Positions 19,251-29,991 of a stretch of DNA of 64,000 nt are shown one piece after another. This DNA comes from Thermoanaerobaculia bacterium (lineage in GTDB: Bacteria; Acidobacteriota; Thermoanaerobaculia; UBA5066), in the NCBI GenBank assembly GCA_963719225.1, contig CAVRAY010000001.1, forward strand, positions 3,200,001-3,264,000. Reading direction: 5' to 3'. Below the pieces are notes generated by a model. That model worked only from the letters and a program-made list of their open reading frames with translations, searched no databases and was not told the origin of the DNA. Each line of letters opens with the position of its first letter. The stretch's first letter is position 1. Made by a program: the position numbers and the translations under genes.

Positions 19251-22200
19251 CTATTCGAAGTAGCCGTTGATGTCGATGACGAGTTCGACGACGCCGACGG
19301 ACTCGTTCAGGACGGCGATCGTCCCGGTCGCGTCCGTCGTGAGGCGCAGGATCGCGTTGTTCGCGCGCGTCCTACCCCGCGAGAAGCTGATGGCCGTCGC
19401 CGAGGGCGCGGTCCCCAGGTCTCCGGGATACACGTGGAGGGCCCCGCTCGCCGTCGGCAGGACGACCGTGAGATTTGCCGAGACGGCCTTCGCCGTCGGG
19501 GGGACGCCGCAAGCCGAGAGGAGGTTGAAGAACCTCAGGCCGTTCGCCTGGAGCGGCGGCGCGCCGAAGGGGCCCGCCGCGTTGCGCGTGTCGACCGCCC
19601 GGCACGGTGCGAGAGTCGAGAGTCCGCCACAGAGCGTCTGGACAGGAATGGAGGCCGAGCCGCTCGCCGAGCAGGCGCCCGAGACGACCGTGACGCCGAG
19701 CGTCGTCGTCCCGACCGCAGCGACGCTGAACGTGATCGACGCGGTGCCCTGCCCGCCCGTGATCGCGCCGTTCGTGATCGTCCACGCGTACGAGGCGCCG
19801 ACTCCCGCAGCGGGGACCGACGCCGTGCCGGTGTTTCCGCCCGCCAGGCAAACCCGCGAAGGAGCAGCGATCGCGGCGGAGACGGCGTTCACGACGGCCG
19901 TGGTCGAGCCGGCCGGGCCCGTGCAGCCGTTGACGGTCGCCGTCACGTAATAGACGCCCGCCGCGGCGCCCGGTGCGTTCGGGATGGACGGGTTCTGCAG
20001 AGCCGAGGTGAAGCCGTTCGGTCCCGTCCATGCGTACGTCGCGTTCGCGATCGTCGAGGCCGAAAGTGTCAGCGTGCCGCCGCCGCAAACGGGCCCGCCG
20101 TTCGAAGCGGCCGGCGCGGGCGGCGGGGAGCTCACGAGGACGGCCGTGCTCGCGGCCGTGGAGCAGCCGTTCACGGTCGCCGTCACGACGTAGGTTCCCG
20201 AAGCGGCGGCCGTCACGTTCGCAAGCGACGGATTTTGAAGGGTGGAGCTGAACCCGTTCGGACCCGTCCACGCGAACGTCGCGCCCGCCACGGTTGCCGC
20301 CGTGAGCGCGAGCGTCCCTCCCGCGCAGATCGGGCTGTTGCCGCCGGCCACGGGGACTTGCGGGGACGCTCTGACGAGCCCCGAAGTGCTCGCGGTGGAA
20401 ATCTCGCCCGCGTACGTCCGGGCCACCGTGTACGTTCCCGTCGCGGCCGGCGTCGCCGCTGCGATCACCGGATTCTGGAGCGGTGACGTGAAGCCGTTCG
20501 GGCCGGTCCATGAGAACGCCGCACCGGAGATGGAGGGTGAAGCGAAGAGCGCGAGCGGCGAGCCTGCACACATGGGCCCGCCGTTCGACGCGACGACCGG
20601 CGGCGCCGCCACGACGAACGTCGTGCTCGTCGAGATCGCGTAGCCGCTCAATGTGATCGTGAACGTGCCGGGGCCGGTGAACCGGAACGTCGTACCCTGG
20701 CAGCCCGTCCCAGAGCAGGTCGCAGGAGAGGCGGACGGGCCGAAACTCCAGAGCGTCGCGGGAGGCGGACTCGCGTCGATGGCCCCGTTGATGATCGCGT
20801 AGACGGTGATCGTGTCGCCGATGTTGGCCGGAATGCCGTCGGTGCAGAGGCCGCCGGGCCCGACACAGGGATTGACGCCATTCACACGTGCCGCGATGTA
20901 TGGCGGCGCGGGGGTGACGACGATTGGCCACGCGGTGGGGTCGGAGACGCCGGAGACTGCGGGAACCCAGGACGTCGCGAGTGGAGACGTGCACGACCCG
21001 GTCGTGCTGTACGAGTAGCGGATGCGCAGCCAGTAGGTGCCCGCGATCGATCCGGCCGGGATCGAGGCGGAGCCGAGGGTCCCGAGCGAGGAGCTGAGGG
21101 AAAGCGGCTGCCAGGTGGCCCCCGCGCAGAACCCCGCGGACGCGTCGCACAGGCTGTACTGCAGGCCGGGGCTGCACGAGGTGGCTCCCGCCGCCACGCT
21201 CGACCCGTCGGTCGCCGTCACCGAGTTGCCGGCGACGACCGTCGTCGCGACACCGGAGAACGCGAGAGACACGTCCGTGACGGAGAACGACCCGAGGCTC
21301 TGCGTGCAGTTCGGAGCGCCGGGGCAGTCGGGGCTCGTGTAGCCGGTCGGATACGGCACCGTGAGCCAGTAGTAGTACGTCCCCTTCGCGTCGTAAGGCG
21401 CAGGCGGCGCGCAAGTGCCGCCCGTGCAGGAGGGCGCGAGCGTGAGCGATGAAGGGCTCGCCCCGAAGTACCACTTGTACCCGGTCGAAAGAGGCGTGCC
21501 TTCGGCTCCGCTCTGGAGCTGCTGTCCGATCAGGATGTTCGGGTTCACGAGCCGCACAGCCGGCACCTTCCAGAGGAGCGGGAAGGTCTTCGTGCTCCCG
21601 GCGCCGAGATCGTTCGAGGCTTCGAGAGCGAGACTGAGTGACTTCGTCGTCCCGGCCACGGGGCTCGCGGCGAAGTCGCCGTTCGCGGTCACGGACGCCC
21701 AGCACCCGGTGCCCGTCGAAGGGACGCCGCCCGAGCGCGGATCACAGGGTCCGTAAAGCGAGATCGTGGCGGGAGGGTTTGCTCCCGAGCCGGGATACGC
21801 GAGATCGGGGTTCTTGAGGAGCGGGGCGGAGCCGTTGGCTTCCGACGGGGTGTGCCAGTCGAAATCGAAGCGCCAGTCCGTCAGCGAGTGAAGGGAGAAG
21901 GCCGTCGGCGTGATCCGGACTTTCGTGCCGACGAAGACGGCGTCTCCCGGGTTCAGCAGGCACGAGCCCGTGCCCGGACAATTGTCGTACACGACGGAGA
22001 GATCGTCGGTGGGAGGCGCGGGCACGGTGACGCACGACATCGAAAGCGCGTACGCCGTGTTTCCGGTCGCGAGGTACGCGTACACCGAGTTGCCGGCGGC
22101 GCCGAAGCCGCGCATGGCGTAGTTGAGGCCGAACGAGGGGTACGAGTTGGAGTTGATGTCGAACTGGCCCGGTGTCGCTCCCCAAACCGGTACGCTCGTG

Positions 22201-23285
22201 GAAAAGAGACGGTAAATGACCGGGGAGCCGAACTTCTTCGCCCACATGAGGGCGACGAGGGCGTTCCCGCTGCCGTTCGGAATGAGGGCCGAGACGCCTC
22301 CCGCGACCCAGGTTTCCCCGCTCGGCTGCGGGATGGTGAAGGTCTGCGGGTTCACGGTCTTGACGCCGCCCTTCACAGAAACGAGGGCGTACGAGAGGGG
22401 GTTCGAGAGCTCGACGAGGAGCCAGACCTTCGTCGAATCCGCGGGGTCCGTCGCCGCCGAGAAAGACGTCGGGACCCGGCCCCCGAAATCGGCGCTCGAG
22501 AGCGTGGTGAGCGCGAAGTTCCGGCTTATGTTCCCCACGGGACCGGGATTCGAAGCGTCGTAGATCCGGATCGTGTTTCCCGTGTCGAGATAGAGGACGT
22601 TGTTCCCGGCGACCGTCAGGTAGATGCCGCCCACGCCCTCGACCCGCTCGGAGCTCACGTTCGTGGGAGCGAGCGGCCCGGGGATGTTCGTGACGTCGGC
22701 GACCGAGAGCGCTCCCCACAGGTAGGTGAGCGAGTACGCGAGGTAGCGGCTCCCGACGCTCTGCACGACCGTCGCCGCGTTGCGCGGCGTGAAGCCGGCC
22801 GCCATGGAATTGAAACCGAGCCCGTTCGCCGTTGCCGCAACCGATCCGTACGCAGGCGAAGCGTTGCCCATCAGGCCGAGCGCGAGGCGCGCTCCGTCGG
22901 GAGAGACGCCGACCGAACCGACGTAGCTCTGGCCGTCACCGACGGCAGCAATCCCGTCATTGAAACGCGTGTCGTTGTAGAGAAGGGCCGTCGGGCTCGC
23001 GGGGTTCGCCAGATCGAGCACCGAGTAGCCGAAGGTCTCGATCATCACGAGGCGCCGCGAGGCCCCGCTCGAGTAGAGCTGCACGTCGCTGTTGTGGCCG
23101 CCATAGAGATTCCACGGTCGAGCGGCCCCCGGGGGGCTCGGCTCGAACGCGAGCGGCGGGGAGACGAGCGTGCACTGTGCCTCGGCTGGTCCGCCAGGTA
23201 CGGCGATCAGGGCGGCGATCACGAGTAATCCCGCGAACGCGCGCTTCGCGAGGCAGGAGGTGTTCGACTTCAGACGCATTTCCAT
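19251..23285 (-). CDS. Large secreted surface protein with Ig/PKD-like repeats and C-terminal PCR..DTR/DINGYF domain
   Basis: Signal peptide (..[21 protein letters not shown]); S/T/G/P/C-rich beta content; three WTGPNGF repeats. Start at 23285 or 23279. Confidence 0.85.
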   Translation of the reverse strand: MEMRLKSNTSCLAKRAFAGLLVIAALIAVPGGPAEAQCTLVSPPLAFEPSPPGAARPWNLYGGHNSDVQLYSSGASRRLVMIETFGYSVLDLANPASPTALLYNDTRFNDGIAAVGDGQSYVGSVGVSPDGARLALGLMGNASPAYGSVAATANGLGFNSMAAGFTPRNAATVVQSVGSRYLAYSLTYLWGALSVADVTNIPGPLAPTNVSSERVEGVGGIYLTVAGNNVLYLDTGNTIRIYDASNPGPVGNISRNFALTTLSSADFGGRVPTSFSAATDPADSTKVWLLVELSNPLSYALVSVKGGVKTVNPQTFTIPQPSGETWVAGGVSALIPNGSGNALVALMWAKKFGSPVIYRLFSTSVPVWGATPGQFDINSNSYPSFGLNYAMRGFGAAGNSVYAYLATGNTAYALSMSCVTVPAPPTDDLSVVYDNCPGTGSCLLNPGDAVFVGTKVRITPTAFSLHSLTDWRFDFDWHTPSEANGSAPLLKNPDLAYPGSGANPPATISLYGPCDPRSGGVPSTGTGCWASVTANGDFAASPVAGTTKSLSLALEASNDLGAGSTKTFPLLWKVPAVRLVNPNILIGQQLQSGAEGTPLSTGYKWYFGASPSSLTLAPSCTGGTCAPPAPYDAKGTYYYWLTVPYPTGYTSPDCPGAPNCTQSLGSFSVTDVSLAFSGVATTVVAGNSVTATDGSSVAAGATSCSPGLQYSLCDASAGFCAGATWQPLSLSSSLGTLGSASIPAGSIAGTYWLRIRYSYSTTGSCTSPLATSWVPAVSGVSDPTAWPIVVTPAPPYIAARVNGVNPCVGPGGLCTDGIPANIGDTITVYAIINGAIDASPPPATLWSFGPSASPATCSGTGCQGTTFRFTGPGTFTITLSGYAISTSTTFVVAAPPVVASNGGPMCAGSPLALFASPSISGAAFSWTGPNGFTSPLQNPVIAAATPAATGTYTVARTYAGEISTASTSGLVRASPQVPVAGGNSPICAGGTLALTAATVAGATFAWTGPNGFSSTLQNPSLANVTAAASGTYVVTATVNGCSTAASTAVLVSSPPPAPAASNGGPVCGGGTLTLSASTIANATYAWTGPNGFTSALQNPSIPNAPGAAAGVYYVTATVNGCTGPAGSTTAVVNAVSAAIAAPSRVCLAGGNTGTASVPAAGVGASYAWTITNGAITGGQGTASITFSVAAVGTTTLGVTVVSGACSASGSASIPVQTLCGGLSTLAPCRAVDTRNAAGPFGAPPLQANGLRFFNLLSACGVPPTAKAVSANLTVVLPTASGALHVYPGDLGTAPSATAISFSRGRTRANNAILRLTTDATGTIAVLNESVGVVELVIDINGYFE
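19890..20595 (-). repeat. Three tandem Ig-like repeats of about 78 aa (SNGGPxC...[13 protein letters not shown])
   Basis: Visible in translation and DNA; boundaries approximate. Confidence 0.8.
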
Positions 23286-23305
23286 GAGCAACAAGGCTTT
23301 ACAAG

Positions 23306-23320
23306 GCAAGGGGGATGCCA
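23306..23320 (-). promoter_or_regulatory. Sigma-54 (-24/-12) promoter
   Basis: Minus strand TGGCATCCCCCTTGC = TGGC-N7-TTGC with exact GG-N10-GC spacing, about 20 nt upstream of the surface-protein start. Confidence 0.7.
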
Positions 23321-23562
23321 CACGGCGACGGGAATCGTCTCGATACGTCATCGAATTTCCGGGTCTCGTTGGAAGTGAAATGACCCAACAGCATAACGCC
23401 TGCGTGAGCGCTCTCACGTCCGCGAAGCGAAAAAGGGGCTACCGTGAACCCATGGCCCGGTTCGCCTCCCGACATTTCTTGGTGGACGCGCCCATGGAAC
23501 TGACGAAAAAACGGAGGGAAGCCTAAGATCGTCCGCCCGTTCCCGGGCGTGAGAGGGACGCC

Positions 23563-24954
23563 ATGGCGACACGGATCGAGAAGGACACGATGGGAGAGAT
23601 CGCGGTCGCGGCCGACCGCTACTGGGGCGCGCAGACGCAGCGCTCTCTCCAGAACTTCGAGATCGGCGAGATCCGATTCACGCGCCCGATGATCAAGGCG
23701 TTCGGCATCCTGAAGGAGGCCGCCGCCCAGGTGAACCAGGAGCTCGGCCTCCTGCCGGACGATCGCGCGAAGCTCATCGCGGCCGCCGCGCAGGAGGTCA
23801 TCGACGGGAAGCTCGATGCGCACTTCCCTCTCGTCATCTTTCAGACGGGAAGCGGCACGCAGACGAACATGAACGTGAACGAGGTCATCTCGAACCGCGC
23901 GATCGAGCTGGCGGGCGGAGCCCTGGGCTCGAAGAAGCCCGTCCACCCGAACGACGACGTGAACAGGTCGCAGTCCTCGAACGACACGTTTCCGACGGCG
24001 ATGCACATCGCGGCCGTCTCCGAGATCGAGGAGAGGCTGCTGCCGGAGGTCCGGAGGCTGCGCGACGTGCTCGACGGAAAGGCCCGCGAGTTCAAGGACG
24101 TCGTGAAAATCGGCCGCACGCACCTCCAGGACGCCGTGCCCCTGACGCTCGGCCAGGAGATCTCCGGCTGGGTGTCGCAGCTCGACCACGGGATCGCGCA
24201 CCTGAGGCAGGCGCTCCCCCACCTTCTCGAGCTCGCGATCGGCGGCACCGCCGTCGGCACCGGCCTCAACACGCATCCCGAGTACGCCGTGAGGGTCGCC
24301 AAGCGCGTCGCGGAGATGACCGGCCATCCGTTCGTCTCGGCGCCGAACAAGTTCGAGGCGCTCGCGGCGCACGACGCGCTCGCGTTCGCTTCCGGCGCGC
24401 TGCGCACCCTCGCGGGCTCGCTGATGAAGATCGCGAACGACGTGCGCTGGCTCGCCTCCGGCCCGCGCTGCGGCATCGGCGAGCTCCGCATCCCGGAGAA
24501 CGAGCCGGGAAGCTCGATCATGCCGGGCAAGGTGAACCCGACCCAGTCCGAGGCCCTCACGATGGTCGTCGTCCAGGTCTACGGCAACGACGCCGCCGTC
24601 GCGTTCGCCGCGAGCCAGGGGAACTTCGACCTGCACGTCTTCAAGCCCGTGATGATCCACAACGTGCTCGAGTCGACGAGGCTCCTCGCGGACGCCTGTC
24701 GGAGCTTCCGCATCCACTGCGCCGAGGGGCTCGAGGCCGATCGCACGCGCATCGACGAGCTCATGAAGAAGTCGCTCATGCTCGTCACGGCGTTGAATCC
24801 CCACATCGGGTACGACAAGTCGGCCGCGATCGCGAAAAAGGCCCACGCGGAAGGCCTGACCCTCAAGGAGGCCGCCCTCGGTCTGGGGTACGTCACGGCC
24901 GAGCAGTTCGACGCGTGGATCGATCCCTCGAAGATGGTGGGGCCTGGCGACTAG
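23563..24954 (+). CDS. fumC: Fumarate hydratase class II
   Basis: [45 protein letters not shown]. Confidence 0.97.
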   Translation: MATRIEKDTMGEIAVAADRYWGAQTQRSLQNFEIGEIRFTRPMIKAFGILKEAAAQVNQELGLLPDDRAKLIAAAAQEVIDGKLDAHFPLVIFQTGSGTQTNMNVNEVISNRAIELAGGALGSKKPVHPNDDVNRSQSSNDTFPTAMHIAAVSEIEERLLPEVRRLRDVLDGKAREFKDVVKIGRTHLQDAVPLTLGQEISGWVSQLDHGIAHLRQALPHLLELAIGGTAVGTGLNTHPEYAVRVAKRVAEMTGHPFVSAPNKFEALAAHDALAFASGALRTLAGSLMKIANDVRWLASGPRCGIGELRIPENEPGSSIMPGKVNPTQSEALTMVVVQVYGNDAAVAFAASQGNFDLHVFKPVMIHNVLESTRLLADACRSFRIHCAEGLEADRTRIDELMKKSLMLVTALNPHIGYDKSAAIAKKAHAEGLTLKEAALGLGYVTAEQFDAWIDPSKMVGPGD

Positions 24955-26431
24955 ACACGGAGCGGGCGGACGGCTCGTCGAGGCCCGGGTCGTCCTCGCC
25001 CTCGTCGGCCTTGCGACGCTCACGGGCCGCGCCGCGCCCGTCGAGACGCGCTTCGAGGTTCGCGCGCCCGAAGGAATGGTCACGGGGAGAGTGCGCCTTC
25101 AGGCGGTGACGCGCGACGGCGATGTCGCGTTCGTGAAGTGGCAGATCGAGGACTGGTCGCGGACCACCCCGCGCCCGTTCGAGGTCTTCCTCGACGTGGG
25201 GCCCCTGCCACACGAGAAGAACGTCGTCGCGCTCGCCCTCGACCGCGACCGCAGCCCGCTCTACCGCGTCGAGACCCTTCTCAACGCGGGGGGCCGAAGG
25301 CTCACGCTGCAGTTTCTCGTGCCGCTCGACGGCCAGCGCGTCTCGGGACCCGTGACGGCGCTCCTGCGCGCGGTCGCGCCGGCCGCCGACGCGCTGGCCT
25401 CGGTCACGCTCGACGTCGACGGGCGGAACGTCTCCCTCGAGGGCGACGGGGACGTCCGCAGCGCGTCCGTTCACGTGCCCGCCTCACCGGCCGTTCTCAC
25501 CGCGCGCGTGAAGACGGCGCTCGGCCGCTCCGCCGAGCGCTCGATCCTCCTGAACGGCCGCGGCCTGCAGGCTTCCCTCGACGCCCACGTCGTCGAGCAG
25601 ATGGTTGCCGTCGTCAAGAACGGCGAGCCCGTGGAGAACCTCCACGTCGGCGACTTCACGGTGAAAGACGACCGCGGGACGTGCGAGATCCGCGAAGCGC
25701 GTCTCGTGCGCGAGGGAAGCCTCGCGATCGGGATCGCGATCGACACGTCCCAGAGCCTTCTCTACACGCAGGAGCTCCGCAACACCGTCGCGCACCGGTT
25801 CCTCGCGTCGCTCGGGCCGCGGGATACGGCATTTCTCCAGCGGTTCGGGGTGACCGTGGGTCACGTCCTCGACTGGACGACGTCGCGCCCGTCTCTCGAG
25901 GAAGCCGTTCTCGGGCTCGGGGAGGACCCGGTTCCCGGGACGCTGTTGCACGCCGCCGTCGTCGATGCCCTTTATCAGCTCCGGGGAGGCGAAGGCGCGC
26001 GCGCCCTCCTGCTCGTCACGGACGGAAACGCCTTCGAGGACGACGTCACCGAACAGCACGCCCTCGCGTTCGCGCGCCAGGCCGGCGTCCCGATTTTCGC
26101 CCTGGCCCTCCCGTGGATCGTGGAGATCCGGAGCGTGAAGAGGCACACGGACGAAGAGGGAAAGCCCGTCGAGGAGGTGATCGTCAGACGCGTGACGCAG
26201 CCTCCGAACCGCGCCGTGCTCGACCGCTTCACGACCGCGACCGGCGGACGGACGTACGTCGTCCCGAGCGCGGGCGACCTGAACGACATCTTCGCGAAGC
26301 TCGAACGCGACCTCAGGACGCGCTACCTCGTCTCGTTCGTGAGCAATGCGAAGCGCACCGGCTCCTTCCACCCCGTCGAGATCCGCGCCGCGCGCGGCAC
26401 CGTTCGCACGGCCGCGGGCTTTCTGTACTAG
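24944..26431 (+). CDS. Secreted VWA-domain protein (Acidobacterial VWFA-related type)
   Basis: MIDAS DTSQS, LLVTDG, ATGG, YLVSF. Frame is open upstream of ATG 25076 and encodes a signal-like segment, so the start may be CTG 24944. Confidence 0.8.
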   Translation: MATRHGAGGRLVEARVVLALVGLATLTGRAAPVETRFEVRAPEGMVTGRVRLQAVTRDGDVAFVKWQIEDWSRTTPRPFEVFLDVGPLPHEKNVVALALDRDRSPLYRVETLLNAGGRRLTLQFLVPLDGQRVSGPVTALLRAVAPAADALASVTLDVDGRNVSLEGDGDVRSASVHVPASPAVLTARVKTALGRSAERSILLNGRGLQASLDAHVVEQMVAVVKNGEPVENLHVGDFTVKDDRGTCEIREARLVREGSLAIGIAIDTSQSLLYTQELRNTVAHRFLASLGPRDTAFLQRFGVTVGHVLDWTTSRPSLEEAVLGLGEDPVPGTLLHAAVVDALYQLRGGEGARALLLVTDGNAFEDDVTEQHALAFARQAGVPIFALALPWIVEIRSVKRHTDEEGKPVEEVIVRRVTQPPNRAVLDRFTTATGGRTYVVPSAGDLNDIFAKLERDLRTRYLVSFVSNAKRTGSFHPVEIRAARGTVRTAAGFLY

Positions 26432-26524
26432 TAAAGATGGAACGACCGGCCCAATTCGCGAGGCCGTAGATTACGCCGCGAGTTGGAGTCGTAGCGCAGA
26501 GCTACACGCGAAAGGAGCCGGTCG

Positions 26525-27669
26525 ATGAAGAAGAATATCCGATACGTGGGACTGGACGTGCACGCCGAGACGATCGCGGTAGCGGTGGCCGAGGTGGGCG
26601 GAGAGGTGCGATCGCTCGGGACGATTCCGAATCGGCTCGAGTCCGTGCGTAGGCTCGTCAAGAAGCTCGGAGTGTCCGAGAGTCTTCGCGTCTGCTACGA
26701 GGCGGGGCCGACGGGATACGTGCTTTACTGGCAGCTGAGCGAGCTGGGCGTGGCCTGTGAGGTCGTGGCTCCGAGCCTCGTGCCGACCAAGCCTGGCGAC
26801 CGGGTGAAAACCGACCGAAGGGACGCCGAGAAGCTGGCCAGAAGCTACCGCAGCGGCGACCTGACCGCGGTCTGGGTGCCGGATGGCGCGCACGAGGCGC
26901 TGCGAGACCTCGTTCGTGCCCGAGAAGCGGCTACCCAGGACCGTCTCAGAGCACAGCAGCGGCTCAAGAAGTTCCTGCTTCGGCGCGGCCAGCGCGCCCC
27001 CGAGGGAATCGGGAGTTGGACGCTGAAATACCACGAGTGGATGAGGGCGCACGTGCGCTTCGATCATCCGGCCCAGGATGCGACTTTCTGGACTACCTCT
27101 GCGAGGTCGAGCATGCCGTCGAGCGCATTCAGAGACTGGAGAGGGCCATCGACCAGGCGATGGAGGGTGTTCCGGAGCGGATGCGCGCCGTCATCGATGC
27201 CCTGCAATGCCTGCGAGGCGTGGCCAAGATCGCCGCCGTGACGATCGTGGCCGAGCTCGGCGAGCTGTCGCGCTTCGAGAGGCCCCGGCAGCTGATGGGC
27301 TACGGCGGCATCGTCCCGAGCGAGCATTCCACGGGCGGCAAGGCCCGGCGTGGCGCCATCACGAAGACAGGCAACGCCCATCTCAGACGAATCGTCGTGG
27401 AAGCAGCCTTCCCCTATCGACACCGGCCGGCGATCGGTTTCGCGCTCCGCAAGAGACAAGAGGGACAGAGCGAAGACGTCAAGGAGATCGCCTGGAAAGC
27501 CCAGCACCGCTTACACGGTCGCTACCGAAAGCTCCAGGCCAGAGGCAAGCCGCAGCAGCACGTCGTCACGGCCATCGGCCGGGAGCTCCTGGGCTTCATC
27601 TGGGCCATCGGAGTGAGAGTCGAGCGGAGGTTTCAGACCAGGGCCACGGGTCGTCGGACCGCGGCGTAG
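26525..27669 (+). pseudogene. IS110 recombinase/transposase split by a 1-nt frameshift near 27085
   Basis: RuvC-like GLDVH, CYEAG, KTDRRDA in the first frame; GIVPSEHSTG, TKTGNAHLRR in the second. Adding one base gives QDATFLDYLCEVE. Confidence 0.88.
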
Positions 27670-27719
27670 ACAAGGAAAGAAACGGAGATCAGACGAAGTT
27701 GAGGCGAGCAGCCAGCGGC

Positions 27720-27875
27720 CGAGAGGCCCACGGAGGAGAATCCTCGAGCCCGCTATGCGACAGGGCTTCACGGCCCGGACCCGCGCGTCTAGTAAGAGGC
27801 AGCTCCCGACGAATCACTTTCATGAAGGCGGGCTCTGCCCGATCCTCGAATATCAGGGTGATCAACCGTCGAGAA
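27720..27875 (+). ncRNA. Putative bridge/seek RNA with target- and donor-binding loops
   Basis: Two stem-internal loop-hairpin modules; loops contain GCCCGCTA and CTAG (match target) and ATATCAG (matches donor junction). Ends approximate. Confidence 0.75.
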
Positions 27876-27962
27876 AACCCTCTCGGTCGCTGACTGGTCG
27901 ACTCACGAAAGGAACTTCGAAGAATCCGAAAAACTCATCCCAACTCGACCCGTCGTTCCATA

Positions 27963-28340
27963 TCAGCGGGCCGGTATGCCCGGCTCATGAATAGAATCCA
28001 TCTTTCCGTTGAACGTGAGCGCCTCTGTGGCGTCGACTCCACCAAGCTGGAACGAAGAAATCAGCGCGTCGGAAATCTCGATACGTTTGAAAACTCCCCC
28101 GTTTTCTCTTGCGTAATCGATGACCGCGAGAGACACATGTCGTCCGGAGCGACATATGTCATAAAGCTGCCGCGAAGTGCTGTCGGCCACCTTCCTCAGG
28201 GAGATCTCTCCTTTCCCCTGCGGATTCGCGCTTATCAGTTCGATCCAGGAGTGGTGAGCGGGCTCCTTCACTTCACCTTTGATATCTCCGACTTTGAGGT
28301 ATATGAGTAATTTAACCCCCGCCCCCGTCGTCCAACCCAT
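27963..28340 (-). CDS. Orphan Hcp-like (T6SS tube family) protein
   Basis: IYLKVGDIKGE..H..WIELIS, K.AD.TS.QLY..C.SG, I.ISDALISS, E.LTF follow the Hcp1 pattern; strong GGAGG RBS; low GC. Confidence 0.7.
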   Translation of the reverse strand: MGWTTGAGVKLLIYLKVGDIKGEVKEPAHHSWIELISANPQGKGEISLRKVADSTSRQLYDICRSGRHVSLAVIDYARENGGVFKRIEISDALISSFQLGGVDATEALTFNGKMDSIHEPGIPAR

Positions 28341-28457
28341 TGCGTCCTCCCGCTATCAGGAATCAGTCTCAGTTAGTTTACCAGCCTGACTCTGCGGGAT
28401 TTGGGGGAAGCCGGGCCGTCGCCGGCCCTCGAGCCGGTCACCTAGAATCCCCGCACG

Positions 28458-29978
28458 ATGCCCGCCGTTCGCAACGAGAGAGCCGGGGGCGGCTCCGCCT
28501 ACCCCTGGTACGTTCTCGTCGTCCTCGTTCTCGTCTACGTCGTCAACTTCATCGACCGCCAGATCGTCGCGATCCTCGCCGAACGCATCAAGGCCGACCT
28601 GAAGCTCACCGACGCGCAGCTCGGCTTTCTCTACGGCACGGTCTTCGCCGTGTTCTTCGCGGTCTTCGCGATTCCGCTCGGCCGCCTCGCGGATGCCTGG
28701 GACCGGCGGCGCCTCATCGCATGGGGTACGGCGTTCTGGAGCCTCATGACCGCGCTCTCGGGCCTCGCGCGCGGCTTCGGACCGCTCGCGCTCGCGCGCA
28801 TCGGCGTCGGGGCGGGCGAAGCGACCGCCGCGCCCGCTTCCTATTCCCTCCTCTCGGACTGGTTTCCCGCGGAGAAGCGCGCTGCCGTGCTCGGTTTTTT
28901 CTCGAGCGGCATCTTCATCGGAGCCGGCCTCAGCCTCGGAATCGGCGGGCTCGTCGTGGACCGCTGGGACGCGGCGTTTCCGGCCGGGACGGCTCCCTTC
29001 TCCCTTCACGGCTGGCAGGCGGCGTTTCTCGTCGTGGGTCTTCCGGGCCTCCTTCTCGCGCTGTGGGTGCGCAGTCTCGAGGAGCCGCCGCGCGGCGGCT
29101 TCGGAGCGCCAGCCACTCACGTCGAGCCGCATCCGTTTCGGCTCTTCGTTCGCGAGGTCGCCTCCCTCCTGCCGCCGTTCACGTTCTTCTCCCTCGCGCG
29201 GGCGGGTGCGGGGGCAGAGGGCCTCGCGCTCAACTTCGGGGCCGCTCTGACCCTCGCCCTCGCCGCGGTGGGTCTGACCCGCTTCCTCGGCAACCCGCCG
29301 CAGTGGGTCGCGCTCACTGCCGCGCTCTATTCCGTCTTCTCGTGGATCCAGGGACTGAGGCTGAAGAACCGTAAGGACTTCGACCTCGTCTTCCGGAACC
29401 CGCCCCTCATCCTCACGAACCTCGGATTCGGCCTCGTGACGTTCGGGACGTACGGCACGACCTTCTGGATCGTGCCGTTCTTCCTCCGCGTCCACCGACT
29501 CGACGCCGCGCGGGCGGGGCTCCTCCTGGGCGGGATGCTCGCGGCGGGCGGGTGGCTGGGGGCGACGTGCGGCGGACTCCTCGCCGACGCCTGGCAAAAA
29601 AGGACGCCGCGCGGGCGCCTCTACGTGGGCGTCGTGACGGCCGCGCTGTCGATTCCCCTCGGCTTCACTCTCGTGTCGCTTCGCTCACCTTCCGCCGCGC
29701 TCCTCCTGACGTTTCCCGCCGTCGTCCTCACCGGCCTCTGGATCGGGCCCGCGGCTTCCACCGTGCAGGGGCTCGTGCCCCCGCGCCTCAGGGCGACTGC
29801 GTCCGCGGTCTTCATCCTCCACACGACGATCCTGGGCCTCGCGATGGGCCCGTACACGATGGGGCGCCTGAGCGTCGCGACGGGCGATCTCAAGTTGGCC
29901 CTCCTCCTGGCCCTGCCGGTCCAGGCGGTCGCGGCGGCTCTCCTCTTCCTTGCCGCCCGGCGGCTCCCCCGGGCGTGA
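28458..29978 (+). CDS. MFS transporter (spinster-like)
   Basis: NFIDRQI, GRLADAWDRRRL motif A, RIGVGAGEA. Confidence 0.9.
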   Translation: MPAVRNERAGGGSAYPWYVLVVLVLVYVVNFIDRQIVAILAERIKADLKLTDAQLGFLYGTVFAVFFAVFAIPLGRLADAWDRRRLIAWGTAFWSLMTALSGLARGFGPLALARIGVGAGEATAAPASYSLLSDWFPAEKRAAVLGFFSSGIFIGAGLSLGIGGLVVDRWDAAFPAGTAPFSLHGWQAAFLVVGLPGLLLALWVRSLEEPPRGGFGAPATHVEPHPFRLFVREVASLLPPFTFFSLARAGAGAEGLALNFGAALTLALAAVGLTRFLGNPPQWVALTAALYSVFSWIQGLRLKNRKDFDLVFRNPPLILTNLGFGLVTFGTYGTTFWIVPFFLRVHRLDAARAGLLLGGMLAAGGWLGATCGGLLADAWQKRTPRGRLYVGVVTAALSIPLGFTLVSLRSPSAALLLTFPAVVLTGLWIGPAASTVQGLVPPRLRATASAVFILHTTILGLAMGPYTMGRLSVATGDLKLALLLALPVQAVAAALLFLAARRLPRA

Positions 29979-29991
29979 TACCTTTTCGCGC

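Larger units (their letters stand above)
26430..27966 (+). mobile_element. IS110-family insertion sequence, IS1111-like
   Basis: Sub-terminal IRs ATGGAACGACCGG (26437-26449) and CCCGTCGTTCCAT (27949-27961); AG core at both ends (26430-31, 27965-66); DEDD recombinase; long 3' non-coding region. Confidence 0.9.

Noticed and set aside
27080-27095. Programmed ribosomal frameshift in the IS110 gene
   Set aside because: No slippery heptamer, and IS110 recombinases are normally single ORFs; a single-base loss is simpler.
27755-27994. Small ORFs in the IS 3' region
   Set aside because: Better explained as structured non-coding RNA plus the IS end; the ORF crosses the element boundary.
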